From the NCBI GenBank assembly GCA_951406725.2, contig OX597838.1, positions 10,912,001 to 10,976,000 of the forward strand: a DNA stretch of 64,000 nt, read 5' to 3'. The stretch is from Octopus vulgaris (Eukaryota). The notes below the pieces were generated by a model, which was not told where the DNA came from, did no database searches, and worked only from the letters and a program-made list of their open reading frames with translations. Shown here piece after piece: positions 37,967 to 51,575 of the stretch. Every line of letters begins with the position of its first letter. Position 1 is the stretch's first letter. The position numbers were made by a program, and so were the translations under genes.

Positions 37967-38805
37967 AGGGTGCCCTGCGCGCACACGCAAAGCAGCTAAA
38001 TTACAATTTTTTAAACCTTTAATTCTGAAACTTTAAATAAACGTAAACGCAATCTTGTTATCAGCTACGCATGTAAAGAGATAAAGGAGATTGTTCTGAC
38101 ATGCTTCACAATTATTAACCACACATCTGAAGACATACACACACACACACACACCCTTATTTTCTATCTACGAAGAGAACTTCCCACCTCCTTTAAATTT
38201 CACAGTCAAATTTTATTTAAAAAAAGAATAAAACTATAGTGTAGCAACTTTAATATTATTTTTGGTTCTCTACCGTTGTGTTGTGTCTAAATAGTTATTA
38301 ATTTTTTTTTCAGTACACCACTAACAAACGAATGGAAAGCAAATCAATCAAGATATTACAGCGAAGTTCAGGTTAGTGCCTGATTTAAATAGCGATTGCC
38401 ATAAAATTCTCCGCGTAGATAAAAAAAAATTAAACGGGGGAAGGGGAACTTTGAAACACGTCATGACAAAATCTTTTCTTTCTCAACGAACAAAGAGAAT
38501 AATAAAGCATAATTACATCTGTTTAGAGATCCGCAGCGAAAGCTTAAAAAAATGTCGCTTAACTTTTAGAAATTTACCAAAAGTCTCTAGATATATATGT
38601 ATGCATGTATGTATGTATGTATGTATGTATGTATGTATGTATGTATGTGTGTGTGTGTGTATACGTTTATGTACTCGTTTTGCAAGATTTTTGAATGTGA
38701 GATCGTGTGCTGAAACAGAATGACAAAATGGAAAAGAGACATGACCAGAGAGAAGAGGAACACGGGGAAGAGAAATGTGTGACGAAAGAACTCTGAGAAA
38801 TAAAC

Positions 38806-38856
<51 letters not shown>

Positions 38857-39043
38857 TAGTGGTTTCCAATTTTGTCACAAGACCAGCAGTTCAGAGAGAG
38901 AAGGTAAGTTGATTACATTGACCCCAGTGTTCAACTGGTACTTATTTTATCGACTCTGAAAGGATGAAAGGCAAAGTGAACTAAAGCTAAAATCAAACAG
39001 TGTGCGTGTTTAATGGCAAAAAAAAAGACTGTCCCAAATATAA

Positions 39044-39107
<64 letters not shown>

Positions 39108-39289
39108 GTAAGATCCCAGGATCTAGCTGTAGGAAGTTTCGGGCTGTCCGTAGTAGGTATAAAAAACAACTTTCAGGAACAAATAATAGTTTATTGGTGT
39201 AGAACTATGGTTCTCACCCTGAGGTCCATAAAGGTAGTAATGGAGGTCTATGAACTAAATTCAAAATTCCATATAAATATATAATGTGA

Positions 39290-39495
39290 CCTCATGTGTA
39301 CCGCTGGCGATTTTTTTCCCTCTGTCTTCCCTTCTGTGGATCTTTCCTTCTCCTATGTTTCCGACGTAGAGCTCCGCTCGAAACGTTAAACCCTCCTTCT
39401 TCCTTCTTTCCTGAGCGTCCAATAATACTATATTTGTTCCACGTCCTCGCGTTGTTGTGTTTTTTTTTGTGCTTTCTTGTTTGGATTAACTTTAT
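39290..39495 (+). mobile_element. Penelope pLTR-like remnant in (TA)n with a minimal hammerhead-like motif at 39357-39391
   Basis: gttt-CCGACGT-a-gagc-tcc-gctc-GAAAC-GTT-aaac; core deviates from CTGANGA. Confidence 0.55.
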
Positions 39496-39680
39496 ATATT
39501 ATATATATATATACACATAAGGATAAACATATTAAAAGGGGTCCACAGAAAAACTCATTTTTAAAAAGGGGTTGGGAACCACTGAAAAGGCCGAGAACCA
39601 CTGGTGTACAAGGTTGTAAAAAAGTTTTTCAACAATTCACTGTTAGCAACTAAGGTTACTATGAATGCAAATAAAAACCG

Positions 39681-39821
39681 AAATTGAGGGAATGGAGCCG
39701 GTAAAATCCGGGCTACATGTTTCCTAACAAGCAGAACCTCGGAAGTAATTACTACCCCCCAGGTTTTGCTAGCTAGGAAACACAGGCAGCCTGGATTTTA
39801 CCTGCTCCATTCCCTCAATTT
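39681..39821. mobile_element. Fold-back element with ~60-bp inverted arms next to (TA)n
   Basis: aaattgagggaatggagc.ggtaaaatcc... / ...ggattttacctgctccattccctcaattt; left arm reads GAAAC-AT-GTA on the minus strand. Confidence 0.7.
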
Positions 39822-39849
39822 GGATTATATATATATATATATATATATT

Positions 39850-40025
39850 ATAAAGAGAGAATTCACGAAAAAACCAAAAGACGAAGACAGGTGGTGTGGA
39901 AAACAAACAGATATATTAGTATGACGCTCGGGAATTGAAAAAGTCTTTTACGTTTCGAGCCTACGCTCTTCTACAGAAAGGGACACAGAAAAAACAAGGA
40001 GAGAAAAAAATGTGTGTAGTGGCTA
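39850..40025 (-). mobile_element. Penelope pLTR-like remnant with a minimal hammerhead-like motif at 39945-39980
   Basis: Minus: cttt-CTGTAGA-a-gagc-gtag-gctc-GAAAC-GTA-aaag; the same tail occurs at 17125-17198. Confidence 0.55.
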
Positions 40026-40199
40026 CCGCATCCACTCACACGCATTCAATCATGCTTTTGTTCGATGTGGTTGGGGTCTTCCCAAGTTAATGGTCGCAGA
40101 GGGGTCATCGTGCGGAGAGCCGACCTGGTCCACCAGTGTTCCCCCCTCCCCACATCCCGTGCCAGTCTTGCATCCTCTAAAATACCGAATGCACTTTCA

Positions 40200-40390
40200 C
40201 AAGGCTCACAAACAACAAGTGGACCCGTGCAATTTTCAAGTGGTATGCAAGAAAAATGAAGACAGCCATTCAGGATAATTCCAAAACGATGGGAAGATGA
40301 CATGACCATAAAAAATTCAGGCCGAAATGTAAGAAAAGGGTGCCATCAAGGGGAGGTATGGAGGCGAGTTGTAATCAGCGATGTATAAAG
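40200..40390 (+). pseudogene. RTE C-terminal remnant
   Basis: TNNKWTRAIFKWY..., then PKRWEDDM after a frameshift. Confidence 0.5.
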
Positions 40391-40430
40391 ACATTTGAAA
40401 GTCTGGTCAGAGCACTCAGCCGGTATCTGA

Positions 40431-40658
40431 GGCGAGCTGGCAGAATCGTTAGCACGCCGGGCGAAATGCTTAGCGGTATTTCGTCTGCCGCTACGTTCTG
40501 AGTTCAAATTCCGCCGAGGTCGACTTTGCCTTTTATCCTTTCGGGGTCGATTAAATAAGTACCAGTTACGCACTGAGGTCGATATAATCGACTTAATCCG
40601 TCTTTCTATCCTTGCTTGTCCCCTCTGTGTTTAGCTCCTTGTGGGTAGTAAAGAAATA
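40431..40658 (+). mobile_element. SINE family A monomer with TSD
   Basis: ggtatctgagg at 40422-40432 and 40659-40669. Confidence 0.92.
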
Positions 40659-40804
40659 GGTATCTGAGGAGTACAGGATTCGATTCTCCGTAGCCGCCTG
40701 CTGGCACCTGCCCTCGCCTCATCTAAGGGTAAATACCCAATCTTTCTTGGCTGCTTTTACAGCTATACTGCGTTCGAAATTCACTTTCTTGTTTGTAATA
40801 TATA

Positions 40805-40993
40805 CGAGGGGGTGCTGAAAAGTTTCTGATTTTAAGGGTGTCGCGAAAGGCCTGGTTGGACACCCAAACTTCCGAGTTCTTTTAAAGGGCCTAGAAAAAC
40901 TGAAGGACTGCTGCAATAAGTGTGTGAATCTGAGAATTAACTGATCCTCCTGTGTTTTCTTTTACCAAAAACCAGGAAGCTTTCAGTACCTCG
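40805..40993 (+). mobile_element. Mariner MITE, copy 4
   Basis: TA|CGAGGGGGTGCTGAAAAGTT ... TTTCAGTACCTCG. Confidence 0.8.
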
Positions 40994-41032
40994 TTGTGTG
41001 TGTGTATGTGTGTGTGTGTGTGTGTGATGTGT

Positions 41033-41332
41033 GTGGAGGCGCAATGGCCCAGTGGTTAGGGCAGCGGACTCGCGGTTGTAGGATCGCGGTTTCGATTCCC
41101 AGGCCGGGCATTGTGAGTGTTTATTGAGCGAAAACACCTAAAAAAATGCTCCACGAGGCTCCGACAGGGGGTGGTGATCCCTGCTGTACTCTTTCACCAC
41201 TCTTTCACTCTCTCTTCTGTTGGCCTGCTCGCTTAGCCAGCGGGGTGGCGTCATTCGAAGGCTAAAACAATGCAAAGCGCATTGTGACCAGCGATGTGTA
41301 ACAACATCTGATGGCCTAGTCGGTCACGTGAT
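41033..41332 (+). mobile_element. SINE family C head with an alternative 3' tail
   Basis: Head as in the 52218-52610 copy; diverges after the tctctt linker. Confidence 0.8.
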
Positions 41333-41924
41333 ATATATATATATATACACACACACATATACATACACACGCATATTTTTCATTAAGAACATTCAGAGAA
41401 TAATCATCACATTCTTCGCTTCTTTTCGTAGTGGAGAGGTGTGCATTCTTTACAAAGACACAATCACTATCGCGCGCTACTTTGCCCCTTCGAATTCAGA
41501 ACGGAGTCGTAACTGTTGTGATATGCTAAGCAGCGTGTTTACGGCATTTTTTAAAATTTCATTTTTTTCTTAATACTTGTCGGTGGCCACCCATCTTTAG
41601 ATCGATAACTGAGAGAGACAGAGACAGAGAGAGAAAGAGAGCGGAGCTGAAAGGCAGGAGGGAAGGTGACAAAAAAACAAACAAAAAAGAGATAAAATTA
41701 GGTAACTGTTGCTTTCCACTAACATCTTACATCCTATACGATGTCTGTCTGTCTGTCTCTCTCTAACACACACACACACACAGAGAGCTTACTATGTTCA
41801 TATTAATCCTTACTCTACAGTTACGATTTTCCAATCGCAGTTGACCGCGAAATAAGCAAACACGTTTCCAGGCACGCACGCCCACACGTGTAAGGACAGG
41901 ATACAGAGACACGTACATATATAT

Positions 41925-42082
41925 ATATTTCTTTACTGCCCCAGAAGGGGCTAAACATAGAAGGGACAAACAAAGGCAGACGAAGGGATTGAGTCGATTA
42001 TATCGCCCCCAGTGCGAAACTGGTACTTTATTTATCGACCCCGAAAGGATGAAAGGCGGGGTCGATAAATAAAGTACCAGTT

Positions 42083-42083
<1 letters not shown>
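41925..42083 (-). mobile_element. 5'-truncated SINE A with a 27-bp fold-back
   Basis: 42017-42043 and 42057-42083 are perfect inverted repeats. Confidence 0.85.
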
Positions 42084-42118
<35 letters not shown>

Positions 42119-42145
42119 CATACACACACACACATACATACACAC

Positions 42146-42200
<55 letters not shown>

Positions 42201-42211
42201 TACATACACAC

Positions 42212-42266
<55 letters not shown>

Positions 42267-42279
42267 TGCATACCATGGC

Positions 42280-42925
42280 AATACATATGATGTACGGATG
42301 CGTAACCATACCCACGAGTATGACTGGATGTTAGCCACACACACAAATATACACGTGTACATAGCCATAGGAAAGACATACGGAAATAGCTATACATACG
42401 TGTACGGACGGATATATAACCATTCACATGTGTACGGATACACGGTTATACACACGTACACGGTTATACACACGTGTGTGCGGATGCATAGCTATACATA
42501 CATGTTTGGACATATGGACATACACACGGATAACACACATGTGCAGATGTGCAGATACGCGGCCATGCAGAAACGTACAGATACATAGCCATACAGATAT
42601 ATATGGATACGTAGCCATACACACGTGTACGGACACATAACCATACACGCGCGTACGGACACATAGCCATACACGCGCGTACGGGTACGCAGCCGCGCAC
42701 ACGTGTACGGATACGCTGTCGTATACACATGTACGGATACATAGCCATACATACCTGTACGGATACATAGCCATACAAACCTGTACGGATACATTGCCAT
42801 ACACTCGTCTACGGACACAACTATACACACGTGTACGGATATTCGCTATATCAAAGATGTACGGTTATAAAGCCATACACGCGATGTATAGGCATATACA
42901 ATGTCTATCTATCTATCTATCTATC

Positions 42926-42957
<32 letters not shown>

Positions 42958-43300
42958 GCTATACACACGATGTACGGACAGCCATACACAGGGTATCGAT
43001 ACATAGCTATACACGCGATGTATGTATGGTTAGTCATACACACGTGTACGGATATTCGCTATATAAACGATGTACGGTTATAAAGCCATACACGCGATGT
43101 ATGTATAAATACATAGGCATATACACTGTTTATCTATCTATCTATCTATCTATAGCTATACACACGATGTACGGACAGCCATACACAGGGTATCGATACA
43201 TAGCTATGCACACGATGTATGTATGGTTAGTGATACACATGGTGTACGGACACACAGACACAGTGTGCGCATACATTATACACGTGTAACGTATATACAC
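42280..43300. repeat. CpG-retaining minisatellite (gtacggatacatagccatacacacgt-like units, with a larger duplicated block)
   Basis: Repeated gtacgga..cata motif; about 42825-43040 is duplicated at about 43040-43250. Confidence 0.85.
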
Positions 43301-43654
43301 ACATACAGTTATAGCCAGACAGGCAGACACACACACACATGCATACCTGGAATTCGGCTTACAGGTAGTATCAATTGGAAAGAGATGAAGCTAGAATTAG
43401 CAATTAACCTATGCAGCCAACGACATCGACATCGACACACGGTTATTTAATGCTACTGTACAACATCGTACACACCAATATTCCAGCAGATTATTATTTA
43501 ATACTGACATACATAGAGAGAGAAAGACGATATCCTCACGTACTTCTATTTGATACTGCTATATATCACCATACATATGGTACTCCCCCACATCATTAAA
43601 TAATGCAGGTGCGTGTGTGTGTGTGTGTTGATATCTATCTATCTATCTATCTAA

Positions 43655-43712
43655 AAGCTCTACCTTGTAATTTGTTGTGTCTGTGTGCAGCCCTGTGTGG
43701 CTAATAAAGAAA
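43655..43712 (+). mobile_element. Tx1-like 3' terminus within (TATC)n
   Basis: agccctgtgtggctaataaagaaa flanked on both sides by TATC repeats. Confidence 0.5.
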
Positions 43713-43714
43713 CA

Positions 43715-43781
<67 letters not shown>

Positions 43782-43806
43782 AGCACGATATCACATCATT
43801 TAATAA

Positions 43807-43862
<56 letters not shown>

Positions 43863-45247
43863 GCGGGCGTGCATTTATAGTCACAGTACTCCTACATACC
43901 GCTACTTCATGTAGTTTGTATGTCACTCTGAGACACTCTCCGCCACACAACTAATTAAGGATGTCATGTCACGAATGGAACGTCTTTGGGCATAGGACTG
44001 ACTGCCAAGGCAAGGTAGACCTGGGCCTAAACAGCCACACTACCACTACCACCAGTACCACCACCACCATCTCGATTTAATGCTGCTGTGTATACCTCAG
44101 TACACACGAAAGCAGCACAACACACCACCACAATTCTATGTAGTTGTCTGGCTGTATACCCATATACAAACTTAGACAAGGCCATGATTTAATTATTATA
44201 TATAATATACACACGAAACCCCAACACAGCGCAACGATTTAATGTGGGTTATATAGGTTTGTACACACGAAACCAACCCACACGCCACCGAGATTTCGTG
44301 TAGTTATATACCTCCGTACACACGATCTCCCTTGCTTTGCACTGTCACACTTCATCCACCAAATTATGTACGCACTTCGAATATCGATTAGCGAAACAAG
44401 AGCAACAGTTTCCAGAGGCGGGGGATCACATAAGATTCACTCGATAAGCAATAAGGAAATAACTTTTGTTCCAACTTGTTTGGAACCTTAAGAATCGCAT
44501 GAAATGATTAATCGGAGAAAGAAAAACGTTTCTTTGAAAGTTGTTGCATAACGTTAACGAAGAATGTAATTAATTTATTTCAATTAAGTTCAGAAACCAT
44601 AATTTATTTAGAGGAAGTGAGGAGGTTGATTAAATTAAGACTTTAGTGAAGTGGAAACTGCTGGAATTTGAACTCATGACGTTTGGAAGCAATGTCACTG
44701 GTAGAATGACTTAAATCGCGATAGTATATTGTTCTGGGGGTTTAGTTTATTGAAATATTCGTAGGAAAAGAGATACAAGAAGCAACTGCAACAGGGATCA
44801 GAACTCCAACGCGAATTAACGGTTGAAACACAGTAAAGGAATCTCTCTCTCTCTCTCTCTCTCTCTTTCATGAAATCAATGGGGAGGGAGTTTTCTGTGT
44901 GGTGGTCGTTCGATCTGTTAGAAATGGCAGACAAATTTCCCCTCAAATCTCACACACAAGACTTAAGAAAAAAAATAATAAATAAAATAAAGACTTATTG
45001 GAGATTGTACTTTCTGCTATTGCCGACAGACAGGAATGGTCACGGGCTGTTGTTGCGCTGCATTTGAGCATAAGGTCTGTTTCATCACGGTCGAATCGGG
45101 GGTTAAGCAACTACAATGACCACCCACAGCCATCGACCTGCTCTTTGCGCTTCTTGTGATCGTGTGATTCTAAGATCTCTTTTCATGGTCTCACTTGGAC
45201 GGTTCACACTTTTCCAATCAATATTTGAGTGACAATTGGGAGAAAGA

Positions 45248-45278
<31 letters not shown>

Positions 45279-45706
45279 AAGCGCGGTTCGCTTTTTTTTT
45301 TTTTGGTACTATGTAATGTTGCCATATCCCCCAACTGATACACACACACACACACACACACAAAAAGGAAAAAAAAAGAAGAAAAAGCAAGATATAAATG
45401 AAGAAAGTGAAAATACAAATCATTCACAGAAGCGGGAATCAGGAGATTTTTTTGGGTGACAGCAAATGTCATCCAACATTGGTTGGTGCCAAACATTCAT
45501 GCTTTCTCCAAGAACACATTTCCACACGACATCAATTCAGCAGCGGTTTTAACAGCTGGGGGACACGAAATCTGCTCATACGCATGTATGTATAAACGAA
45601 TGTATGCATCCGTGTGTGCATACACACCGCTATAAACATATGCATACAATACATGCATGCTTCTGAGAGTACGGGTGTATATAAATAACAATGCCTGTAC
45701 TTTCCC

Positions 45707-45749
<43 letters not shown>

Positions 45750-45995
45750 GTAATATAATAAATAAATGAAATATATACATACATATATGTACATACTTAC
45801 ATCTACATGTATATATACATGCATACATATATATATATGTATATGAGTACAGGACACCACAAATAAACGTAGAACACAACGAGAGACGAAAACATAAAAT
45901 CAAACAAGGAAACGGACTTTTTTTTAAACAACGAGAAAACAGAGTACAGGACAAACAATACGAGGAACATTCCCCTTCATCAGCTGTCCCTGGTT
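45750..45995 (-). mobile_element. TA-anchored dispersed repeat (probable Penelope pLTR)
   Basis: Reverse complement of 54760-55000; acag-CTGATGA-..-GTC-ctgt but no GAAA. Confidence 0.6.
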
Positions 45996-46163
45996 CGACT
46001 CAAAGTCTCTGTATGTATGTCTCGTATGAACGTATGTATGAAAGAAGGACAACATAAAAATGATATATATATATTTTTGAAAAATATGCATAAAGAAAGA
46101 ACAAGTACTGACTGTTGGTTTTGTTCTTGTTGTTGCTGTTGTTGTTGTTGTTGTTTTTCCTAG

Positions 46164-46388
46164 GTGCTGCCGAGTTATTTGATATATAATTTCCTGCAGC
46201 CGCTGGTATTGCGAGACAACCAGCCAACCAACCGACCAGCCAGCGAGCAAGCCAACATAATCGCAGAATATCATCAAATCAATCCATTATTGTCGTTGTT
46301 GTTGTTGTTGCTACTGCTGCTGCTGCTGATGCTGCTGATGCTGCTAGTGATTGTGATGCTGATGTTGCTTTCTGTATATATAACATCG
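46164..46388 (+). other. Candidate host exon (225 nt)
   Basis: Acceptor ttgtttttcctag|G, donor CG|GTAAGT, open phase-0 frame ending MLLMLLVIVMLMLLSVYITS. Confidence 0.3.
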
Positions 46389-47214
46389 GTAAGTAAATAT
46401 AGTGGAACTGGATGGAGGTTGGCGTGAGTTTTACACAATCACTTATGTTTTGTTATTTTTCAAGTAAGAACCTCCAAGTGTCGTCGGCAACAACGACCAA
46501 AAAAAAAAACAAAAAACGGAGGAGCGGCAAAAAAAAAAAAAAAAAAAATGAAGACGTTTTCTGTCGACGATATTATTAACCTGCCACGAGATGACGACGA
46601 TGACAACAGCATCTAACAACGACGACAAATAATTTGCAAGCTAAAATCATTAGTTAAAGCCAACTACTGCCATCACATGATACTATTTCCACAAGCATTT
46701 TTCTATTGTCACAAACGAAGACAGACACGCGCAGATGTACAGACGCACGCGCGCACGCACATACAGAGAGAGACTTTTGCGAATATCATTAGAATTTCTT
46801 TCTCTCTCTCTCTCTCTTTTTTTTCTTTCGTTCTTTTTTTTTTTTTGCCTACCTTTCCAAGACTGCAAAACACCTGGAACTACTGTGATGACGACAGACG
46901 GAGTGTAGTATCTATCTACATACCTTTATATCAACATGCATACATACATATCTAACTGTTTATCTACCTATTCTTTAATCTATCTGTCTATCTACCTATT
47001 CATCCATCCATCCATCTATCTATCTACCTATTCATCCATCCATCCATCTATCTATCTACCCATCTATGTACCTGTCTACCTATCTATCTATCTACCTATT
47101 CATCCATCCATCCATCTATCTATCTACCCATCTATATACCTATCTATCCATCCATCCATCCATCCATCTATCTATCTATCTACATCTCTCTCTCTCTCTA
47201 TCTATCTATCTACA

Positions 47215-47249
<35 letters not shown>

Positions 47250-48028
47250 ACCTATTCATTCATCCATCTGTCTATTCATACAACCACTCATATAATACCT
47301 ACCTATGTATCAACACATCTTCCCATCTCTCAGTGTGTGTATAGAAGAGACACACTCATCACTCATTCTTCGAGCACCTTGTTTTACTTTTCGACAACAA
47401 TGTTATCAATTTTCCAAACACACACACACACGTACACACACACACAGAATAACCACACGTGCACATCAACATATGTAAACACTTACGCAATTACAGCTCA
47501 CACACACAAACACACACAGGCGGACATATATAATATATAAAACACATGATGTACATACATTTACATTATCTATGCATACATTTCGAAATCATGCAATCAC
47601 CAACAGTAACAAGAACCACAACAATTCATTCAACTAAAATATAGGCAACCATCGCACATAGGGCACATGAGATGAACACAAGAATAATATTAAGTAATTG
47701 CACATGTTGGCTGGGGGAAGAAATTTTTGAAATATCTTGCATGCAAGTAAAGTGGTTTTGCATGTTTACAGGACGGTGTGACTCGTACAAGGCTGCATTA
47801 ACCCGAGCATTTGCAGTTATTATAAATACATATAAATACGTGGTTGTGTTGTGTTGTGTTGTGTGTGTGTGTGCACGCGCGTTTCTGTGGCGCCCCAATT
47901 TCTATGCTCGAATCTAATTGGAGTCAAGTTTGACTATATGATTCTTCCGGTACTGATGACATGATTATCAGTAACATTAGAAGAATTATGCCGTGTAAGT
48001 ATATATGCGCGGGATGCAAGTGTGTGTG

Positions 48029-48080
<52 letters not shown>

Positions 48081-48084
48081 CATA

Positions 48085-48294
48085 CTCTTTTACTTGTTTC
48101 AGTCATTTGAGTGCGGCCATGCTGGAGCACCGCCTTTAATCGAGCAACTCGACCCCGGGACTCATTCTTTTTTTTGTAAGCCCAGTACTTATTCTATCGG
48201 TCTCTTTTGCCGAACTGCTAATTGACGGGGACATAAACGCACCAGCATCGGTTGTCAACCAATGCTAGGGGGACAAACACAGGCACACAAACAT

Positions 48295-48348
<54 letters not shown>

Positions 48349-48503
48349 GACGGGCTTCTTTCAGTTTCTGTCTACCAAATCCACTCACAAGGCTTTGGTC
48401 GGCCCGGGGCTATAGCAGAAGACACTTGCCCAAGGTGCCACGCAGTGGGACTGAACCCGGAACCATGTGGTTGGTAAGCAAGCTACTTACCACACAGCCA
48501 CTC
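48085..48503 (-). mobile_element. SINE family B
   Basis: Family match; a degenerate copy follows at 48600-48840. Confidence 0.9.
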
Positions 48504-48508
48504 ATATA

Positions 48509-48577
<69 letters not shown>

Positions 48578-48838
48578 ATATTTAAATATTTAGTCGAGGG
48601 AATCGACTCCAGTGCTTTTTTTTTTAAATGGTAACAAATTTCATCGGTCTTTTGGTCGAACCGCTAATTTACAGTGGCGTAAACAAACCAGCATCGATTG
48701 TCAAGAGGCAGTGGGTTACAAAGACACAGAATACACACGCACACGTGACAGGCTTCTTTCGGTTTCCGTCAGTGCCATGCAGTGGGACTGAACCTGGAAC
48801 CATGTGGTTGAGAAACATATCAGACCGCAGAGCCACGC

Positions 48839-48869
<31 letters not shown>

Positions 48870-48995
48870 TATATATGTATATATATTATATATGTATATA
48901 TATTATATTATATATGTATATACATATATACATGTATATACACATACATATATATACATACACACACATACATATACATACATACATATATATAT

Positions 48996-50193
48996 TTGGC
49001 TATCCCATAAATAATGCGGTTTTTTCAATTGCATGAGCTAAAAGTCGGGGGCGTTGGGGGTTGGGATAGGATAAACTACTTGCATCAACTTGTTATAAAA
49101 GCAGGTAGTTTTACTTGTGCTTATTCTTAGTGCAAGTTTTGAAGAGTGCAGTTTGATTTTAACACCTATTTTCTCAAAGCTTATAATGAAAGTGACAAAG
49201 AAGCATATTCGGCATATTTTCCTTCATGAGTTCAATAAAGGCAACAATGCAATGGAAAGTGCGAGGAATATTAATGCAGTGTATGGAGATTAGAGAATAA
49301 GTGTAAGCCAGGGTCAACGGTGGTTCCAGAAATTTCGAACCGGAAACTACGGCCTAGAAGACTAGCCTCGTCCTGGAAGATCTGGAGAGCTCGACGAGGT
49401 CGTTCAAAAAACCCTGGTGGAACAAAATCCCATTGTAACTGCTGAGAAACTAGCAGAGAAGCTTGGATTTTGTCATTTAACCATTCATCAACACCAGCGT
49501 GATGTCGGAAAAGTCAGCAAACTGGGTCAATGGGTTCCGCACAAACTTTTTTGGGGACCGAATACTGAATGGTGAAGACAAATGGATTCTCTATTAAAAT
49601 GTCAAGCGCCGAAGACAGTGCGTAGAGAGAAGAGAAACACCGGCACGTCAGGCTAAAGAAGGTCTTCACCCACGTAAAGCGTGGTTGTCTGTGAAGGGTC
49701 GATATGAAGGGTTTAGTTGACTTTGAACTTTTAAACCCAAACCAAAGGAGATCTACTGCGAGCAGCTAGAAGAAAAACGACCATCTTTGGTTTCAAGACG
49801 AAAGGCGTTCTTCCATCAGGATAATGATCGGCTAAATACAGCGAGGATGACATTACAAAGGCTGGAGCAGTTTGAATGGGAAACGATGCCCCACCCACCA
49901 TATTCGCCGGACATTGCCCCATCTGACTATCGTTTATTCTGCAGTCTTCCAAATCATTTGGGCGGAAAAAATATGAATTCTATAGACGAGGTCAGAACAG
50001 TAATGGAGGAGTATTTTTCGTCACGGACAAGTGAATTTGGGAAGAAGGGCCTTGCAAGTCTACCAGATAAATGGAAGAGCATTGTAGAAAATAAAGGAGA
50101 GTATTTTTTAGATTAAAAAAGAAATTTGTTTATCTTAATTTTGAAAAATAAAAGAATTACAAAAACAAACGCATTATTTATGGGATGACCCAA
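48996..50193 (+). mobile_element. Near full-length mariner transposon, inactive
   Basis: TIRs TTGGCTATCCCATAAATAATGCG / CGCATTATTTATGGGATGACCCAA; about 1.2 kb. Confidence 0.92.
49186..50116 (+). pseudogene. Mariner DD34D transposase pseudogene
   Basis: MKVTKKHIRHIFLHEF..RWFQKFR, WVPHKL, FHQDN, HPPYSPDIAPSDY, GEYFLD*; several stops and frameshifts. Confidence 0.92.
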
Positions 50194-50759
50194 TCTATAT
50201 GAGAGAGAGGTGTGAGCCACTCGACCAGTGAAATATTGTCTTGAGACACGCTTACACACACACGATTTCAGAGTCTAACGAGGCGTGTAGAATGTGAGGA
50301 AGCGAAGAGCACAGAGACAGGTGCAACAGGTAGTTTGGTTTAGTTTGTGAGGCACTGGAATTTACATTGGTGAACGTAAGCAGAAGAAAAAAAATTCTAC
50401 GCAATTACATACACCTGGGCTGAGGACTAACACACACACACACAGTGGAACCCCTTTTTTTCTAAACATGTATTTTTCTACACACACACACACACACAGA
50501 GTTTTTGTATTTGTTTTCGCAAATTTACAAGTGCGAAACTGTGTGAAAACATATTTGTACTTCGGTAGGATCATTCTGCAAATAAAAATACACGCACAGA
50601 CTCTAGATCACTTCTTTATTGTTAACTGATGTCTATCGTTACATCTCAAAGGCTTTATTCAAAAAAACTAGTTCGTCTCAACTAGTCTGCTGAGTACACA
50701 TGCTCCAAGTATGGAAGGCAGAGAGGAGGAGAGGAGAGGGAGAAAGAGAGAGGAAAGAG

Positions 50760-51575
50760 AGCATAGCTATGGTCCGAAAATTATCAATATGATCGCCTAT
50801 GTTTGGGTTCTTTCTCAGCAGTACTACAGTTCCTCGACTCACTAAACTTAGAGTTCGCCTGTTCTATTAGTTGCAGCAGATGTCTTACCAAAAGATCTTC
50901 AAACAGGTCTGGCATGTAAAAGTAAAGCTCGAAGAGCAGACCACTCAAAACCAGGCGATTTGCTTACTGTGCAGCTAATCAACGCTTCCCGTATTTCCGC
51001 TGCTGTTATCGACTTTTTTGCCATATTCCACTTCCTTCGTCGGGAGTTGCGGTAGGCTGGTGAGGTAGTATTTAAAATCCATCCTATGTCCCGAAACGTC
51101 ATTCGAGCCGAAGAGTCGAATGAAGTGCTGCTGAAATATCGTGGACATCTGTTTGGTCTTGAGTATTATGTGGCCATTATGATCCCCCAAAGATCAACTT
51201 GTTGCCACGTTGCGCTTCTGTCATTCAGGTCCACCGAGCAGCTTTAGTTCCGTTGTATTTTAGAGCACGCGCTTTAGTTCTGACAATATATATTTCTTTA
51301 CTACCCACAAGGGGCTAAACACAGAGAGGACAAACAAGGACAGACAAACGGATTAAGTCGATTATATCGACTCCAGTGCGTAACTGGTACTTAATTTATC
51401 GACCCCGAAAGGATGAAAGGCAAAGTCGACCTCCGTTGTGCTTCGCGTCGAGGGCAATCTCACCGCAAGTATGTTGGCTGTGATACCTTTTCCTAGGGGC
51501 CTCTTGAAAATTTCTGACTCCCCCTCTTTACTATTTTTTTCTCTATCGTTACAACCTTACTAAATCTAACTGACT
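50760..51575 (-). mobile_element. Tx1-type ORF2 fragment interrupted by a SINE A piece (51291-51434)
   Basis: ITAAEIREALISCTVSKSPG; RGTVVLLRKNPNIGDHIDNFRTI; homologous to 19970-20508. Confidence 0.8.

Noticed and set aside
41033-41110. tRNA-like sequence
   Set aside because: SINE head continuing into the family body; not a standalone tRNA gene.
45945-45990. CTGATGA hammerhead-like start on the minus strand (also near 32310)
   Set aside because: Stem I and GTC are present but the essential GAAA is missing; not called a ribozyme.
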